From: Escherichia phage P1
Sequence record: NC_005856.1
Length of the DNA stretch: 64,000 nt
Reading direction: 5' to 3' (one strand)
The translations under genes were made by a program, and so were the position numbers. Every line of letters begins with the position of its first letter. Positions within the stretch are counted from its first letter, which is position 1. The notes beneath the pieces are model-generated. The model ran no database searches and was not told the DNA's origin. It saw only the letters and a program-made list of their open reading frames with translations. Shown piece after piece: positions 61,771 to 64,000 of this stretch.

Positions 61771-62631
61771 TTATTCGGGGAGTTTCAGCTTTGGATTGCG
61801 AGAATGGACGATTACAAAACTTTCCCGGCCTTTCTTCTCAATAGAACAGTCGAGATAGCCGATTGTTTTAAGCTGTTCTATCGCTTTCTTAATGATACGG
61901 TTTTGCTCGCCAACAGCTGACTGCAAAGCCAGGCGCTCACGGATTCGCGCGAACGATAGCGGCAACGGGTTCTGCGGAAGGCTTTCGATGAAAGTGTAAA
62001 TGGCTTGTGCAGCTTCTTTCTTCGGAAGGGCACGCAAGGCGTGGTGTTGCAACAGAACGCGATAATCAAGCTGGAACAGCTCCCACAACTTCGAATCAGC
62101 CTCCAGCTCTATCAGATCAAGGTCAGCATCAAAACGCCCGACCTTCAGCAGACCAGTCTGATAGCCGCCTTTAGCATCTTTTCCGCGCTTAAAAGCGATA
62201 CCCTTGTTACGCAAGCGTCCAAGTGATTCATGAATGGTTAAACGCAGTTTCGCATCCAGACGTTTTGAGGGGAAACCACAGGCTTTAGCGAATTCCTGAA
62301 ACGATAACTGGATGGTGTTTGAGGACAAGCCGTATTTGCTGAACGCGTAGATGACACCGATCCACGTTTTGAAATCAGTATCCATATCGAGTCGAGGACC
62401 GGTGATTTTAATATCATCGTAACCCTCGGCTTTAGCTATCTCCAGCTGGGAAAACGCTTTGGTGGCATCAATCTCTTTACTTTCTCCTTTGCTCTTTGAT
62501 GGCTTCGGCACGAATACCCCCAAGCGCATCAACGCTACAGGCTGCACAGTGTTGTTTGAATTAACTGTTAGTTCTTTTGCCTTACTTTCAATGTCTGCGT
62601 AAAGAATATCGGAGATAAATGATTGATTCAT
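61771..62631 (-). CDS. repA: RepA plasmid replication initiator (286 aa)
   Basis: 286-aa ORF flanked by iteron arrays on both sides; size matches P1 RepA. Confidence 0.95.
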   Translation of the reverse strand: MNQSFISDILYADIESKAKELTVNSNNTVQPVALMRLGVFVPKPSKSKGESKEIDATKAFSQLEIAKAEGYDDIKITGPRLDMDTDFKTWIGVIYAFSKYGLSSNTIQLSFQEFAKACGFPSKRLDAKLRLTIHESLGRLRNKGIAFKRGKDAKGGYQTGLLKVGRFDADLDLIELEADSKLWELFQLDYRVLLQHHALRALPKKEAAQAIYTFIESLPQNPLPLSFARIRERLALQSAVGEQNRIIKKAIEQLKTIGYLDCSIEKKGRESFVIVHSRNPKLKLPE

Positions 62632-62687
62632 ATTACTTTTTCCGAATTGTGTGGATAGTTTTTATAAGTGGTGATAACTACCCAAGC

Positions 62688-62791
62688 TTTCCCGTCAACA
62701 CACATCCTATATCCCGCCAGCACACATTAGCAACCCGTCAGCACACATTTTTATCCCTCCAGCACACATCGTTTTCCCTCCAGCACACATC
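62688..62791. repeat. incC iteron array (five direct 19-bp iterons) forming the core of oriR
   Basis: Five copies of a CC(C/T)(G/T)(T/C)CA(A/G)CACACAT-type repeat at about 21-23 bp spacing, upstream of repA. Confidence 0.85.
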
Positions 62792-62824
62792 GCGATACAC
62801 TTCTAAGCCAGACGTGGCGCGGCC

Positions 62825-62912
62825 TGCAACGATCAGGGATCTATATGGATCTAATTGGGATCTGTATGGACCTGATTATTGGATCTATCCAGTGGATAAT
62901 GTGGATAAGTGA
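62825..62912. other. oriR flank: five GATC (Dam) sites and tandem DnaA boxes
   Basis: GATC at about 62831, 62838, 62848, 62859 and 62883; TTATCCACA-type boxes as GTGGATAAT/GTGGATAAG at 62893-62910; another DnaA-like box near 62650. Confidence 0.75.
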
Positions 62913-62915
62913 AAA

Positions 62916-62937
62916 ACCGGCCAACGTAGCCGGTTGG
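62916..62937 (-). terminator. Terminator-like hairpin downstream of upfA
   Basis: AACCGGC-loop-GCCGGTT with T-run on the minus strand. Confidence 0.4.
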
Positions 62938-62949
62938 AAGGGAGTCGTA

Positions 62950-63342
62950 TTATTCTACGCTTTCGATGAGAAGACCATGTTCATAGCATTTAAGCTCATC
63001 GCCCTCGTACAGGAATTGGTATCCAATACCACCATATTCAGGCACATTAGGGAATAACTCATCACTTACCGAAGAACAAATCACACCAATGCAGCGATCA
63101 ACGCCTTCTCGTTCTTCAGTGCTGAAAAAATCCTCTTCGGTAAGAACATGAGTACATTGCTCATCAGCATAGGTCGGAAATACATGCTCAATGCAATCCG
63201 GGTGTTTTAAACCAAGCTGATCGGCAAGCTCGAAAGCACGACGGTATTGTTCAGATCCTGGCTTGCCAACAGTGATTTGCTCAATTTTGTAGATTGAAGT
63301 CGCTTTGTTGATAGTTTGCTTTACTGTTACTTTATCAGACAT
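62950..63342 (-). CDS. Hypothetical protein (130 aa; P1 upfA position)
   Basis: ORF adjacent to oriR; no domain recognised. Confidence 0.4.
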   Translation of the reverse strand: MSDKVTVKQTINKATSIYKIEQITVGKPGSEQYRRAFELADQLGLKHPDCIEHVFPTYADEQCTHVLTEEDFFSTEEREGVDRCIGVICSSVSDELFPNVPEYGGIGYQFLYEGDELKCYEHGLLIESVE

Positions 63343-63353
63343 AAAAATCCCTT

Positions 63354-63605
63354 TTAGTTACCGCTAATAGCTCGGTTGTAATCATTAACGTTGCGATTCT
63401 TCCTGTTAATCCCCATCAGCATCGTTTCTGTATCGAGGATATACGCTGGCAGATCATCAAAATATTCACTGCTAAACTCTGGCATCCTACACATAAATGC
63501 ACTTTTGGGGGCAGGGTGGTTAACCTTTGTCGGCGTCGGCGTTAAATTCGCTGATCGACTCCCGGAGCAACCGCTGAGTGTCAGCAGGAATACGCTGGCG
63601 AACAT
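63354..63605 (-). CDS. Putative lipoprotein (83 aa from ATG 63605; lipobox LLTLSGC)
   Basis: Signal peptide MFASVFLLTLSGCSGS with a Cys in lipobox context; the longest ORF (from 63686) adds 27 N-terminal residues. Confidence 0.45.
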   Translation of the reverse strand: MFASVFLLTLSGCSGSRSANLTPTPTKVNHPAPKSAFMCRMPEFSSEYFDDLPAYILDTETMLMGINRKNRNVNDYNRAISGN

Positions 63606-63942
63606 TACCCGCCGCAACCAGTTGTTTCTGAACTTCAGCTTTTCGTTCCATTTGCCTGTCAGCATACTTGGCTTGTTCTGATTCATTTTTCACTTCCTGG
63701 CTGTGAAAATGTTGCTCTGCTTTGTTCATCGTCTCAATGGTCTGGTTAAGATCCATTATTGACTTATCACGTTCCTTAACAGCCTGATCAAGACTGCCAA
63801 TTTTCTCTATGGCTTGCTTTAGCTGATGACGTTCCCATGCAAACCCAGCACCAACAAGTGCGCAAATCAGAACAAGAACACCAGTAGCAGCAAGTTTCTC
63901 CTTCAAAGACAAAGCTGTTTTTAACGTAGAAAAGAATGACAT
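63520..63942 (-). CDS. Putative membrane-anchored coiled-coil protein (start probably MSFFSTLK... at 63942)
   Basis: One hydrophobic helix (GVLVLICALVGAGFA) followed by a charged, coiled-coil-like region; overlaps the lipoprotein ORF in another frame. Confidence 0.35.
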   Translation of the reverse strand: MSFFSTLKTALSLKEKLAATGVLVLICALVGAGFAWERHQLKQAIEKIGSLDQAVKERDKSIMDLNQTIETMNKAEQHFHSQEVKNESEQAKYADRQMERKAEVQKQLVAAGNVRQRIPADTQRLLRESISEFNADADKG

Positions 63943-64000
63943 GTCTTCCTCCTGAAGAAAAATTATCAATGAAGTCCTTTGTTACTGTGCCGCTTTGTTT

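Noticed and set aside
61487-62791. Arrays of short direct repeats that could be mistaken for a CRISPR array
   Set aside because: The repeats are 19-bp iterons at about 31-bp or 21-bp spacing, present in both orientations and flanking repA, with GATC sites and DnaA boxes nearby. This is a plasmid origin and copy-control region, not CRISPR; there are no cas genes.

Overview
This 64 kb window reads as the left ~two-thirds of a bacteriophage P1-type phage-plasmid genome, starting inside loxP (bases 1-17) and running through cre, ref, a Type III restriction-modification locus, the darB/dar antirestriction operons, head, lysis and tail genes, the Cin-invertible tail-fibre C-segment, sim, the immI region (c4/icd/ant), kilA-repL, the late structural operon (genes 21-23), and the plasmid partition/replication module (parS-parB-parA-incA-repA-incC/oriR). 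Two insertion sequences are present with intact target-site duplications: IS5 (7652-8846, TTAG) splits the mod methyltransferase gene while res stays intact, and IS1 (22626-23393, 9-bp TGCCCTCTG) sits between two genes of unknown function. This matches, from memory, the sequenced P1 c1-100 mod::IS5 lineage; no alignment could be run. Recurrent regulatory motifs are visible directly: six or more C1-operator-like 17-mers (ATTGCTCTAATAAATTT family) and a late-promoter family (AACAAGTGACT-N5-TAAAAT) upstream of prt, the pmgC-sit operon, gene 23, mat and probably lyz. I see no compelling evidence for an undescribed system; nearly every ORF fits the known P1 backbone. The least-characterised candidates are the AT-rich two-gene cassette at 51740-52908 (DUF3800-like protein plus a coupled partner), the IS1-flanking genes, a small ORF with a strong ribosome-binding site upstream of cre, a membrane ORF overlapping the end of lyz, and an intrinsic-terminator-like hairpin in the ref leader. 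Gene names for the less-studied ORFs are assigned by position and length from memory and need checking by alignment.
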